Part shown: one piece after another, positions 6,069-16,624 of the stretch
How the letters are laid out: each line of letters begins with the position of its first letter
Numbering within the stretch: the stretch's first letter is position 1
Source: Propionibacteriaceae bacterium
GTDB taxonomy: Bacteria; Actinomycetota; Actinomycetes; Propionibacteriales; Propionibacteriaceae
Direction: 5' to 3'
NCBI GenBank assembly: GCA_031256725.1
Contig: JAIRQE010000010.1
Location: forward strand, 17,194-49,193
DNA: 32,000 nucleotides
Program-made: the position numbers and the translations under genes
Notes under the pieces: generated by a model
Databases searched by the model: none
Told to the model about the DNA's origin: nothing
What the model saw: only the letters and a program-made list of their open reading frames with translations

Positions 6069-6075
6069 CGTAAAC

Positions 6076-6885
6076 ATGGCGATACGAAGGGTCCCTCAAC
6101 AATGGAAGCCCCAGCTTGTCGCCGTTGATATAGATGGCACAATCGTTGGTCGTGATGGAATCGTACCCCCCGAGATTGCGGAGAAGCTTTGCCAGATCCG
6201 CACCCAAGGGGTGCCGGTCGTGATCGTCACGGGGCGTTCGTGGCTGTCCTCCCAGATCATCCTTGACCAACTCCAGATTCCGGGAATCTACTGTGTTTGC
6301 AATAATGGCGCCACTGTGGTCACCTATCCACCCCTTGCCCTGCATCGGGCGGAAACCTTCGATCCAACCCCGATCCTTGAAGTGGTACGACACCACCCAA
6401 CCGCCATCGTGGCTATCGAGGATTTTGGGAGGGGGTACAAGGTATCCAAACCCTTCCCACCAGGGATATATAGTCTCCATGGAGAAACGACTCTCGTGAC
6501 CCTTGATGAGATGGCCCAAGAACCCCAGTCGAGAGTGATCTTGCGTGATCCCGAGTCAAGCGCAGAAGAATTCGATGTACTGCTTGCTCAGATTGATTTG
6601 GGGGATCTCTATTCCGCAAGGGTTGCTCCCACATGGTTGGATCTGGGCGCTAGTACAGCTGGAAAAGACAAAGGGTTAGCTTTCGTGGCAGCCCAACTGG
6701 GAATCGAACAGGCAGATGTACTAGGTATCGGTGATGGGTACAACGATATTGACTTGCTGAGTTGGGTTGGTAGGGGAGTGGCTCTTGGTGATTCCCCGCC
6801 CGAATTGGTGGCTGTCGCAGACCATGTGACTGCGAGTTTCGCCGAGGGGGGAACCCTGTCCGAGCTGCGGCGATGGTTTGAGTAA
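6076..6885 (+). CDS. Cof-type HAD-IIB family hydrolase/phosphatase
   Basis: Motif I is LVAVDIDGTIV and motif II is VVIVTGRS. The C-terminal GIGDGYNDIDLL matches the Cof-like GDxxND motif. I moved the start from the ORF-track 6037 to 6076 because the leaderless promoter fits there and the hairpin repeat overlaps 6037-6050. Confidence 0.85.
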   Translation: MAIRRVPQQWKPQLVAVDIDGTIVGRDGIVPPEIAEKLCQIRTQGVPVVIVTGRSWLSSQIILDQLQIPGIYCVCNNGATVVTYPPLALHRAETFDPTPILEVVRHHPTAIVAIEDFGRGYKVSKPFPPGIYSLHGETTLVTLDEMAQEPQSRVILRDPESSAEEFDVLLAQIDLGDLYSARVAPTWLDLGASTAGKDKGLAFVAAQLGIEQADVLGIGDGYNDIDLLSWVGRGVALGDSPPELVAVADHVTASFAEGGTLSELRRWFE

Positions 6886-6990
6886 ATCCTACTAGTTGAG
6901 ACAAACACCGCTGGGAGGGGTTAGCTTCTCTGAAGTCTGTTGGAGTGTACGCTATGATGATAACTAATCTGTGTGTACAGGTGGTGAGCG

Positions 6991-8364
6991 ATGATTGATG
7001 TGACGGACCTGACTAAGAGGTTCGGTAGGAAGACTGCTGTCGACGATTTAAGCTTCTCCGTGCGCGCAGGTATGGTTACCGGATTCTTGGGACCCAATGG
7101 GGCAGGTAAGTCCACAACAATGAGGCTCATTCTTGGCCTTGATCGACCCAACAACGGTCGTGCTCGCGTTAATGGTCGTACCTACAAATCCACTAAGGCG
7201 CCTATGACAGAGGTTGGTGCCCTTCTTGACTCCAAATCTGTACACCCTGGACGTACTGCTCGCAATCATCTTCGTGCGCTGGCGGCCACCCATGGAATCT
7301 CACGGAAACGAGTCGATGAAGTCATCGAGATGGTTGGCCTTGAGTCTGTTGCCAGAAAGCGGGCTGGTACCTTCTCCCCAGGGATGAGCCAACGCCTAGG
7401 GTTAGCGATCGCATTATTGGGAGATCCGCAGACTCTCATCCTTGATGAGCCTATGAACGGGCTTGATCCTCAGGGGGTTGCATGGCTCCGAAACCTCTTG
7501 GAGCATCTGTCATCTGAGGGGAGGACAGTCTTCGTTTCAAGCCATCTCATCTCAGAAATGGCTCAGCTTGCCAGTCATCTCATTATCATCGGTAGGGGAC
7601 AACTCATCGCGGATTCACCCACGGCTGAGCTTGCCGAGAAAGGGTCAGGCGTTGTCACGCGTGTGAGATCCCCTGAATTGGGAGAACTTGCGGAAGCGGT
7701 CAAGGAAGCCGGTCATACTTATACCGATCCGGGGGATGGATCACTGTTGATCTCAGGATTGACCCCGGACGCCATTGGTGATGAGGCGGCTTACAGGGGC
7801 TGGGCAATCTATGAGATGGCTCCAGTACACCGCACCCTGGAGGAAATCTACATGGAGTTGACCCACTCCGTGCAGGAGTTCCAGGCAGAAAACAGCATCT
7901 TCGGGTCTCCAATGAGGAGTCCTTCAAAGCCACCCGTCATACTAAAACCACCCGTGTCCATGCATACGATTCCCCACGAAGCGCCTGTCCAACATCACCG
8001 TCGCGATGTGGAGCCCCAAAGTCTCACAACCACGGGAAGCCATCGAGTGACCGATATTTTCCGTGACGACGATACCCCACCACCTGATCCTGTACACATA
8101 TCAACTCCCCATTTGCAGTTGGGGCCGGTACGATCTCCCCAAACACGTCCGGGACGAGCACCCACAGATTCGATCGTGCCAAGCGACCTGGGGCCACATG
8201 TGCGGCCAAGGCCTATGGGAGTCCATCCCAGTGCAGATTCATGGGATGACTCCTATGATGATACCCGCATACCTGAGTCTTATGACTACGACTCCTATGA
8301 CTCTGATTATGATGACGATGATGATTACGCCCATCCCCCCAGATCCCGGGCATGGGAGGTCTGA
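6991..8364 (+). CDS. ABC transporter ATP-binding protein (ABC-2 subfamily partner) with a ~150-aa P-rich, D/Y-rich C-terminal extension
   Basis: The motifs are canonical: Walker A GPNGAGKST, signature FSPGMSQRL, Walker B LILDEP and H-loop SSHL. The usual C-terminus (TLEEIYMELT) is followed by a low-complexity tail ending DSWDDSYDDTRIPESYDYDSYDSDYDDDDDYAHPP. Confidence 0.9.
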   Translation: MIDVTDLTKRFGRKTAVDDLSFSVRAGMVTGFLGPNGAGKSTTMRLILGLDRPNNGRARVNGRTYKSTKAPMTEVGALLDSKSVHPGRTARNHLRALAATHGISRKRVDEVIEMVGLESVARKRAGTFSPGMSQRLGLAIALLGDPQTLILDEPMNGLDPQGVAWLRNLLEHLSSEGRTVFVSSHLISEMAQLASHLIIIGRGQLIADSPTAELAEKGSGVVTRVRSPELGELAEAVKEAGHTYTDPGDGSLLISGLTPDAIGDEAAYRGWAIYEMAPVHRTLEEIYMELTHSVQEFQAENSIFGSPMRSPSKPPVILKPPVSMHTIPHEAPVQHHRRDVEPQSLTTTGSHRVTDIFRDDDTPPPDPVHISTPHLQLGPVRSPQTRPGRAPTDSIVPSDLGPHVRPRPMGVHPSADSWDDSYDDTRIPESYDYDSYDSDYDDDDDYAHPPRSRAWEV

Positions 8365-9218
8365 TGGCGAGAGTAAAACTGTCCTTCTTTAGGATGATCA
8401 GAGCCGAATGGATCAAGATCTTTACAGTACGTTCAACCGGCTGGATCCTGCTCCTGTGTATTCTGATCAGCATAGGACTCTCTGCCGCTTTTGCTGCCTC
8501 TCTCCAGTACTCGGAGGTCATGCTCAGACGTAGCTCGGAATCCTCAGACCTCGACCCTGGGGCCTTTGGGCCCCTCGTGGTCCATGTGGTGATGGCCTGT
8601 GGACTTTTTGGGCAATTGTTTTTCATGATCCTGTCTATCCTCATGATCACCAACGAATACTCAACGGGTACGGTTCGCTCGACCTTCACAGTCGCCCCCC
8701 GACGGATTCGTGTACTCATCTCAAAGATGCTTGTTCTTGTGGTGATCTGTGTTGTCACTTTCGCTATTTCTGTGGTGGCATCCTGGGCGGTGGGGTACCT
8801 CATCTTGCAGAATTGTGTACTCACGGACCTGACACTCATCTCGTATACGAATCTGAGGATAGCGGGGGGATTCCTGGCGAAGATGGTACTCGTGTCTCTC
8901 TTCTGTTTTGGCCTTGGCGCCATGATCCGTTCCACTGCCGGAAGCATTGGTACCTCTGTGGCTATTCTGTGGGTGCTACCTATCATCGCTGCGACTGTTG
9001 CTTCAATGATCTCTGGTGCGGGTGAGCCCGTTGGTTGGCGCGAGTGGATCGTCAAAATAGGGGAGTTCCTTCCCACGAATGCTGGTGATCTGATCATCCA
9101 AGAGAACCCATCATCACGGGTATTCCTCCCGTGGGGAGGAACCGCAGCACTTGGAGGATGGGCCTTCGGGTCGATCATCCTTGCCTTCATAGCAACTGCC
9201 AGGCGCAGGATTCAATGA
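8364..9218 (+). CDS. ABC-2 type transporter permease
   Basis: It is a multi-helix hydrophobic protein. The likely start is MARVKLSFF at 8364. That ATG overlaps the ATPase stop (TGATG, 8362-8366) and gggagg lies at 8354-8359. The ORF-track start at 8352 is less likely. Confidence 0.8.
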   Translation: MARVKLSFFRMIRAEWIKIFTVRSTGWILLLCILISIGLSAAFAASLQYSEVMLRRSSESSDLDPGAFGPLVVHVVMACGLFGQLFFMILSILMITNEYSTGTVRSTFTVAPRRIRVLISKMLVLVVICVVTFAISVVASWAVGYLILQNCVLTDLTLISYTNLRIAGGFLAKMVLVSLFCFGLGAMIRSTAGSIGTSVAILWVLPIIAATVASMISGAGEPVGWREWIVKIGEFLPTNAGDLIIQENPSSRVFLPWGGTAALGGWAFGSIILAFIATARRRIQ

Positions 9219-9310
9219 CCTTCTAGAGGGCGTAGCACCTGGTGATGACCTTAGCAACCAAGTCCGTACTCATCCCCCCCAGAAATCCACAATAGAGGAT
9301 AATTGACGTC

Positions 9311-10234
9311 GTGAACGAGACAAAAACCAACCTTACGAAGTATGCGTGGCTGTCCCTCGCTGCTGCCCTCGTGACTATCTCCCTCAAAACAATTGCGTGG
9401 CGAATCACTGGATCTGTGGGTCTACTCTCGGATGCCGCTGAATCCCTTGTGAACCTGGCTGCGGCCATCCTGGCACTCATCATGCTTTCCATTGCTGCCA
9501 GGCCACCAGATAGTGACCATCACTTTGGGCATGATAAGGCCGAGTACTTTTCTGCTGCTGTTGAAGGGGTACTCATTTTTGTGGCTGCAACCGTGATCAT
9601 CGTCACTGCTATCGCCAGGATCATGAACCCCCAGCCCCTCGAATCACTGTCGATTGGTATCGTCATCTCGTCTATTGCTGCCGCTATTAACGGTGTTGTG
9701 GGTATCGTACTTATTCGTGTCGGTAAGAAACATCGTTCACCTACTCTTGTCGCCGATGGGCGCCACTTGTGGACTGATGTCATCACAACTGTCGGGGTCA
9801 TTGTTGGGGTTGCACTTGTGTGGATCACCAAATGGGAGATCCTTGACCCTATCGTGGCCCTCATCGTTGGGATCAACATCATCATCACCGGTTTTCGCCT
9901 GGTACGAGAGTCGACCCGTGGGCTCATGGACATCACCCTCCCTGATGATGAAAATGCCGCTATTGCTCAGATCCTCGCTGACCATTCCAATGAGGATGTG
10001 AGCTTCCATGGTCTGCGTACCCGGCTCTCAGGACGTCAAAGATTCGCCATCGTTGACATCCTCGTACCTGGTGAGTGGACAGTCAGACACAGTCACGATC
10101 TCATCGAAGAAATCGAAGAGGCCATCAAGGCCCTCTATCCTGAGATATTGATCCAGATCCATTTGGAACCCAAGGAAGATCCCAGAGCCTATGGCGACTT
10201 TCATGTCGAGGTACCCATTCCAACTGATCCCTAG
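9311..10234 (+). CDS. cation diffusion facilitator (CDF) family metal efflux transporter
   Basis: The N-terminal TM region carries SDAAESLVNL and HFGHDKAEYF. The C-terminal cytoplasmic domain carries VSFHGLRTRLSGRQRFAIVDILVP. The start is GTG, with GATAAT at 9298-9303 lying 7 nt upstream, so the transcript may be leaderless. Confidence 0.88.
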   Translation: MNETKTNLTKYAWLSLAAALVTISLKTIAWRITGSVGLLSDAAESLVNLAAAILALIMLSIAARPPDSDHHFGHDKAEYFSAAVEGVLIFVAATVIIVTAIARIMNPQPLESLSIGIVISSIAAAINGVVGIVLIRVGKKHRSPTLVADGRHLWTDVITTVGVIVGVALVWITKWEILDPIVALIVGINIIITGFRLVRESTRGLMDITLPDDENAAIAQILADHSNEDVSFHGLRTRLSGRQRFAIVDILVPGEWTVRHSHDLIEEIEEAIKALYPEILIQIHLEPKEDPRAYGDFHVEVPIPTDP

Positions 10235-10325
10235 ATCGTCACTGCTCAGAAAACACTAAGATACGATCCTGTGAGATAGGGAGTTTCGTTTTTCGATAAC
10301 CATCAGGTCATGGGAGAATGGTTCC

Positions 10326-12068
10326 GTGAGCGATCAATCTCAACGTATTCCTTTCAGCTCGCGTGGTAGTTCAGCGCGCGCAGATGGGCGCTCGTCGAGG
10401 GTACGACCCTCATCTGGTTCGCCACGAAATGTCGAACCAGAGTTGACAGCCATGTTTGGCGAGGAGGAAGTCCTACGCCGCCCCCCAGATCCATTTGAGG
10501 AGAAGATCTTGACCGGACGAAACAGTTTCACCGATCTCAGAGACCACCTAGCCGAAGAAGACACTGACAGGCCACGTTCAGGATCATCTGGCAGTTCGCG
10601 TGTACCACGGACACCGGCAACCAGATCCCGGGTCGGTGCAGCAGGGGATTCCAAGGTTGCCGCATTGAGGCGAGACCTGGCTGGGGGTGGAGGAAGCTCT
10701 CGCTCTTCTGCTGCAGATTCCAGATCGCGTTTCTTGCAAGAGGACGATGTGGTCGAGACACGTCCCCGCAGTAGGGTTTCCTCAGATTCTGAAGAAAGAC
10801 TTGCCTCGCTCAGGCGTGAGTTGGCTGATCGCAGAGCAGCTACCGCTGATCCTGCTCCACGGGTACGCCCCTCAGCACCAAGTGCACGCAGGCCGCGAGT
10901 GAGTCGTGAAGAAGAGGTGGAGATCCGCGAACGCGCTACACAAGAACTACCACCTCGCTCTAGGCGCCCTGTCGTCGACGATCCGCCACCGCGCAGGGTC
11001 CCACGTACGCGACCCCCAGTTGAAGAGTACGACTATGAAGAGCCTTTCGAAAACTTCGAGCCAGAAGTAGAGACACCTCCACCACCACCGAGGCAGCGTC
11101 GTACAACCACACGTAAGCCAGTTGAAGTAGTCGAAGTGATCGAGGAGATCGAAGAGGAGGACCTGGGTCCATCCTTTGAGCCTCCCCAGGTGATAGAGGA
11201 AGAGCCTCCAGTTATTGCTATTCTTGAGGAAGCTCCAGTCGAGCCGCCAGTTGAAAAGAAGGAGACTCGTCGTCGAGCTAAGACACCCAAGGCTGAACCT
11301 GCTCCGGTTGTGACTCCCTCACGTGCGCCACGGGCCGCAACAGGGGAGATCGCAAAGATTTCTGGGCTAACTAAGATCATTGGGAGTTCGTCACAGAAGA
11401 CAGAGGTACTTCGCAGGGTTGATCTCGTACTCGGTCAAGGGCAGATGACAGCGATCATGGGTTCCCCCGGCGCTGGCGTGTCAACACTGATTCAATGCAT
11501 CGCTGGTATCGAATCCCCAACATCGGGATCAATCACGGTGGCTGGTCAGAACATCACAGGGTTCAAAGAAGGGCAACTGGCCAAGTTCCGACGCAGCAAT
11601 GTGAGCCACGTCTTCTCAGCCTTCAACCTGATCCCGACCCTAACAACGGCAGAGAATATTCGTCTGCCTATGATCCTTCAGAAGAAGTCTGTGGATTCGG
11701 CTTGGTACGACCAGGTTGTGACAACCCTGCACCTCACGGATGCGCTCACCCACAAGCCAAGCGCTTTGAGCCCGTCTCAGCGCCAGCGCGTTGCCTTTGC
11801 GCGGGCTCTGTTGGGTAAGCCTGCGATTATCGTTGCAGATGATCCGACTGCGGATCTCAACCAGGAGGCCAGTGTTGAACTCATTGGTTGGGTCAGGGAT
11901 TGTATGTCCATATCCGAGCAGTCCATTGTTGTGGGTACGCAGGACCCCATCCTTGCCGCCATGGCTGACCGTGTCTGCGTGATGAGAGATGGTGTCATTG
12001 TAACCGAGATCAGTTCGCCAAGTGTGAGCCGCGTCATGGACGCTCTTCGTACAGTGGCGGGTGGTTAA
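10326..12068 (+). CDS. MacB/LolD-type ABC nucleotide-binding-domain protein with degenerate catalytic motifs and a ~340-aa disordered N-terminal extension
   Basis: The C-terminal ~230 aa align without gaps to the FtsE/LolD/MacB NBD pattern. Walker A is GSPGAGVST (Lys to Val). The Q-loop is HVFSAFNL (Gln to Ser). The signature is LSPSQ. Walker B is IIVADDPT (Glu to Asp). The H-loop is GTQD (His to Gln). The N-terminal 340 aa are R/S/P/E-rich low complexity. Confidence 0.85.
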   Translation: MSDQSQRIPFSSRGSSARADGRSSRVRPSSGSPRNVEPELTAMFGEEEVLRRPPDPFEEKILTGRNSFTDLRDHLAEEDTDRPRSGSSGSSRVPRTPATRSRVGAAGDSKVAALRRDLAGGGGSSRSSAADSRSRFLQEDDVVETRPRSRVSSDSEERLASLRRELADRRAATADPAPRVRPSAPSARRPRVSREEEVEIRERATQELPPRSRRPVVDDPPPRRVPRTRPPVEEYDYEEPFENFEPEVETPPPPPRQRRTTTRKPVEVVEVIEEIEEEDLGPSFEPPQVIEEEPPVIAILEEAPVEPPVEKKETRRRAKTPKAEPAPVVTPSRAPRAATGEIAKISGLTKIIGSSSQKTEVLRRVDLVLGQGQMTAIMGSPGAGVSTLIQCIAGIESPTSGSITVAGQNITGFKEGQLAKFRRSNVSHVFSAFNLIPTLTTAENIRLPMILQKKSVDSAWYDQVVTTLHLTDALTHKPSALSPSQRQRVAFARALLGKPAIIVADDPTADLNQEASVELIGWVRDCMSISEQSIVVGTQDPILAAMADRVCVMRDGVIVTEISSPSVSRVMDALRTVAGG

Positions 12069-12073
12069 TCGGT

Positions 12074-14635
12074 ATGAAGGGTGTCAAAGTTGGTGTTCAG
12101 GGAAGCCCTGGACGCTTGGTACTCGCCGTCCTAGCTGTAGTGTTGGGAATGGCTGTTGCGTCGTTCGCTCTCTTCCTGCGTGGATCAGTGACAACAACAC
12201 TGTCCACAGTCGTGGACAAGGTGCTAAGCGCTGATGTGTATATTCTGCCGGCGGATTCCAGTCCTGCCGATATGATGACCCAGCCTAAGGTTTATCAGAA
12301 GTTCCTTGATTCGCGTGTGACTGCGCAGATTTCTGTGATACCTGAGGTGAGGGGAGTCTTCTCGGTTTATGTTGGTCAGGTTCAATTAACGAAGTCCGAT
12401 GGTACCGTAGTCTCATCTGGAGTAGCCCCATCGGTTGGCATCGGTGTTGATACTAATGAAGTTGAGTCATCGCGGCTGATAGATGGTGCCTTCCCGACCA
12501 GTCCCTCGGAAATCGCTGTGGAGCAGGCAACTGCCGAACGAGCTGGATTATCTGTTGGTGACAAAGCTCAATTAATAGCCAATGGCAATAGGTTCGACCC
12601 CGAAGTCACGATCTCAGGCATTGTCTCCTATGATTCTGATCTTGGTGGGGCTACCGTGGTCTTCCTCAACGGTATCGTTGCTCGCGCAGTATTCTCACCA
12701 TCGTCGATGGTACCTCTGATCGCTGTACGGGTACAGGATGATGCGAGTCCTGCCGATGGTCGCAATGCCATTGAGGCTGCTCTTGAGAGCGAAGTCGACG
12801 CGAAGATTGTGGTTGGTTCCGAGCTCCGTAAGCAGACGGTAAGCTCTGCAATGAACTCCTTGTCCACCCTTGGGATTGGTCTGCTTATTCTGGCTGGCTT
12901 GGGTGTCGCTATCGGTGGTCTCCTCGTTGGCGCAACCTTTGCAGGGGCTCAGCGGGAGAATATCTCTACGATTGCCACCTTGAAGGCATTCGGTGCAACG
13001 ACCAGCCAAGTACTCGGTAAGTCCATATCCCAGGCTGCCGCAGTTGGATTCATCGGATCCATCTTCGGGATCGCCATAGGATTCGTCGTGGCTGTCCTTG
13101 TGAGAGCGATCATGACGGCACAGGGTCTGGCTCTCAGTCTGGGTATTCCCGTGATCGAATTGGCGCTCTGCTTTGTCGCGATGATGATTGTCACCATTCT
13201 TGCGGCCTGGCTTGGGTCCCGCAGGGTGGCGAATGTTGCCCCCCGCGAGGCGATAAACGGTTTTGCTGCGGGTAGGTCTGGTCTAGGTCTGGTACGCGTC
13301 ATCATAGGTGTTGTCCTCATCCTCGCCGGAGTTGGTGCTGCCATGTGGGTCGTCTTCTCGTCCCAGTCTGCCCTGATTATCTATGCGGGTTTGGTAGCCA
13401 TCCTCATGGGGGTCTTGCTCGCTGCACCACTGTTACTTATAGCGTTCGCTCCCATTTTCGCGGCCCCGCTTAGACTCATCTCTTCAGTGTCTGGACGCTT
13501 GGCCAAACACAATCTCATCCGCAGTCCTCGTCCTGCCGCTAATGTTGCGGGCGTTATGATTCTTGGTTTCTCACTGGCAACAGCAGGATTGATTATCGCC
13601 TCCACTGCAGACGCAGCTATTGGTGATTCACTGCACAGGGATGTACCTGCTGACTATGTCATTCAGCCGGATAGCGGTAATAGTTTCATCCCTGATCAGG
13701 CTGTTGCTCAGGTACGTCAGATCCCTGGTCTCAGTGTTGTTGCCTACGGGCAAGCCCCAGTACGGGTACTCAACGATGAGGGCAAGGTTCTTGATGCCGA
13801 TGTGCTCTTTGGTCCACCGGATACCTTCTCTTCCAGTCTCAGTGAGGTTGCCATCGTTGATGGGGCTCCTGAGCAATTCCGTGATGGGTTGGCTCTCAAC
13901 AAGGCTTTTGCTGATGCTCAAGGAATACGTGTCGGTGATACACTCAAACTGCTCGTAGCACAGGACACCCCGCACGAAGACACCCTGTCCTTGTCGGTGG
14001 CGGTGATTGTGGATTCGCAGTTCTTCCGTGACGTGCTCATCCCGACAGGGCTTCTCATTGAGCCGATTCCTGGCCATGCACGTACACAGTTCATGCCGAT
14101 TACTACAGTGTTCATTACGGCAGCCAATGAGGGTACAGTTCAGGTTCTGCGTGACCAGATCCAAGAGGCACTATCTGGGTATGAAGGACTTAAACTCTCT
14201 TCTCGTGACGAGTTTATTTCCACTCCCTCACCAGTGGTAACACAGATTCGTACAGCGGCCTTGATCCTTATTGGTTTGGTTGCCCTCGTCGCCATTGTCG
14301 GGATATCCGTCATCCTAGGTCAGGCAGTTATCCAACGTGAGAAGAACATCGGTCTGATGAGGATTAGTGGGGCCTCCCGTGGACAGATGAGGCGGGCGGT
14401 CACATTCGAGTCGCTGCTGATCTGTGCAACGAGTGCCTTCGTGGGTATCCTCGGTGGTGTGGGTCTGGCATATCTTGGTTTGCGGATACTTCCAAGCCTT
14501 GGCATGACGACTCTGGTTTTCCCATGGCTGTGGATTGTCGGACTCTTTGTTGTGGCACTCCTAGTAGGATTTGTCGCTGGTATTGCCCCTGCGCGACGCG
14601 CGGGTTCAGTACCTCTACTGACAATGGCAGCCTAG
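12074..14635 (+). CDS. FtsX/MacB-type ABC transporter permease, duplicated (two FtsX domains, 853 aa)
   Basis: An N-terminal TM helix is followed by a large extracytoplasmic domain and a 3-TM bundle, and this arrangement occurs twice. This is typical of actinobacterial double-FtsX permeases. The gene starts 5 nt after the NBD gene. Confidence 0.85.
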   Translation: MKGVKVGVQGSPGRLVLAVLAVVLGMAVASFALFLRGSVTTTLSTVVDKVLSADVYILPADSSPADMMTQPKVYQKFLDSRVTAQISVIPEVRGVFSVYVGQVQLTKSDGTVVSSGVAPSVGIGVDTNEVESSRLIDGAFPTSPSEIAVEQATAERAGLSVGDKAQLIANGNRFDPEVTISGIVSYDSDLGGATVVFLNGIVARAVFSPSSMVPLIAVRVQDDASPADGRNAIEAALESEVDAKIVVGSELRKQTVSSAMNSLSTLGIGLLILAGLGVAIGGLLVGATFAGAQRENISTIATLKAFGATTSQVLGKSISQAAAVGFIGSIFGIAIGFVVAVLVRAIMTAQGLALSLGIPVIELALCFVAMMIVTILAAWLGSRRVANVAPREAINGFAAGRSGLGLVRVIIGVVLILAGVGAAMWVVFSSQSALIIYAGLVAILMGVLLAAPLLLIAFAPIFAAPLRLISSVSGRLAKHNLIRSPRPAANVAGVMILGFSLATAGLIIASTADAAIGDSLHRDVPADYVIQPDSGNSFIPDQAVAQVRQIPGLSVVAYGQAPVRVLNDEGKVLDADVLFGPPDTFSSSLSEVAIVDGAPEQFRDGLALNKAFADAQGIRVGDTLKLLVAQDTPHEDTLSLSVAVIVDSQFFRDVLIPTGLLIEPIPGHARTQFMPITTVFITAANEGTVQVLRDQIQEALSGYEGLKLSSRDEFISTPSPVVTQIRTAALILIGLVALVAIVGISVILGQAVIQREKNIGLMRISGASRGQMRRAVTFESLLICATSAFVGILGGVGLAYLGLRILPSLGMTTLVFPWLWIVGLFVVALLVGFVAGIAPARRAGSVPLLTMAA

Positions 14636-14650
14636 ATTCTTGACAAAACT

Positions 14651-14690
14651 AAAGGGCTGGTACCTTCTCGGTACCAGCCCTTTATGTTTG
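14651..14690. terminator. bidirectional Rho-independent terminator between the permease gene and groEL
   Basis: aaagggctggtacc ttctc ggtaccagcccttt forms a perfect stem pairing 14651-14664 with 14670-14683. It is flanked by A-rich sequence on the 5' side and T-rich sequence (tttatgttt) on the 3' side. Confidence 0.85.
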
Positions 14691-14697
14691 GACTTAG

Positions 14698-16320
<1,623 letters not shown>

Positions 16321-16327
16321 TCAATCC

Positions 16328-16624
16328 TTAACGTGTGACCTTGGCGAGGATATCGCGGGCATTGAGCAGGAGGTAGTCGTTACCGTCGTACTTCACTTCA
16401 GTACCGCCGTACTTGGAGAAGATAACAATGTCGCCTTCTGCAACATCCATAGGGATGCGCTTTCCGGAGTCGTCCGTACGGCCTGGGCCGGTTGCGACGA
16501 CCTTTCCTTCTTGCGGCTTCTCTTTAGCGGTGTCTGGAATAACCAGGCCAGAAGCAGTAGTCTGCTCGGCCTCCAATGGCAGAACGAGGACCCTGTCCTC
16601 GAGCGGCTTGATCGTGGCTGCCAC
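16328..16624 (-). CDS. groES: co-chaperonin GroES
   Basis: [49 protein letters not shown]... The start is the GTG at 16624, with gaaagggg upstream. The ORF-track N-terminal extension to 16714 runs into the 5' UTR and I reject it. Confidence 0.95.
   Translation of the reverse strand: MAATIKPLEDRVLVLPLEAEQTTASGLVIPDTAKEKPQEGKVVATGPGRTDDSGKRIPMDVAEGDIVIFSKYGGTEVKYDGNDYLLLNARDILAKVTR

Noticed and set aside
5914-6519. 201-aa - strand ORF overlapping paralogue 5 and the HAD gene
   Set aside because: It is antisense to the HAD hydrolase, which has clear family motifs. It has no motif or RBS support.
8213-9190. 325-aa - strand ORF covering the ABC-2 permease
   Set aside because: It is antisense to a hydrophobic multi-helix permease that is translationally coupled to its ATPase. 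Its composition (R/P/S/T-rich) is that of a shadow frame.
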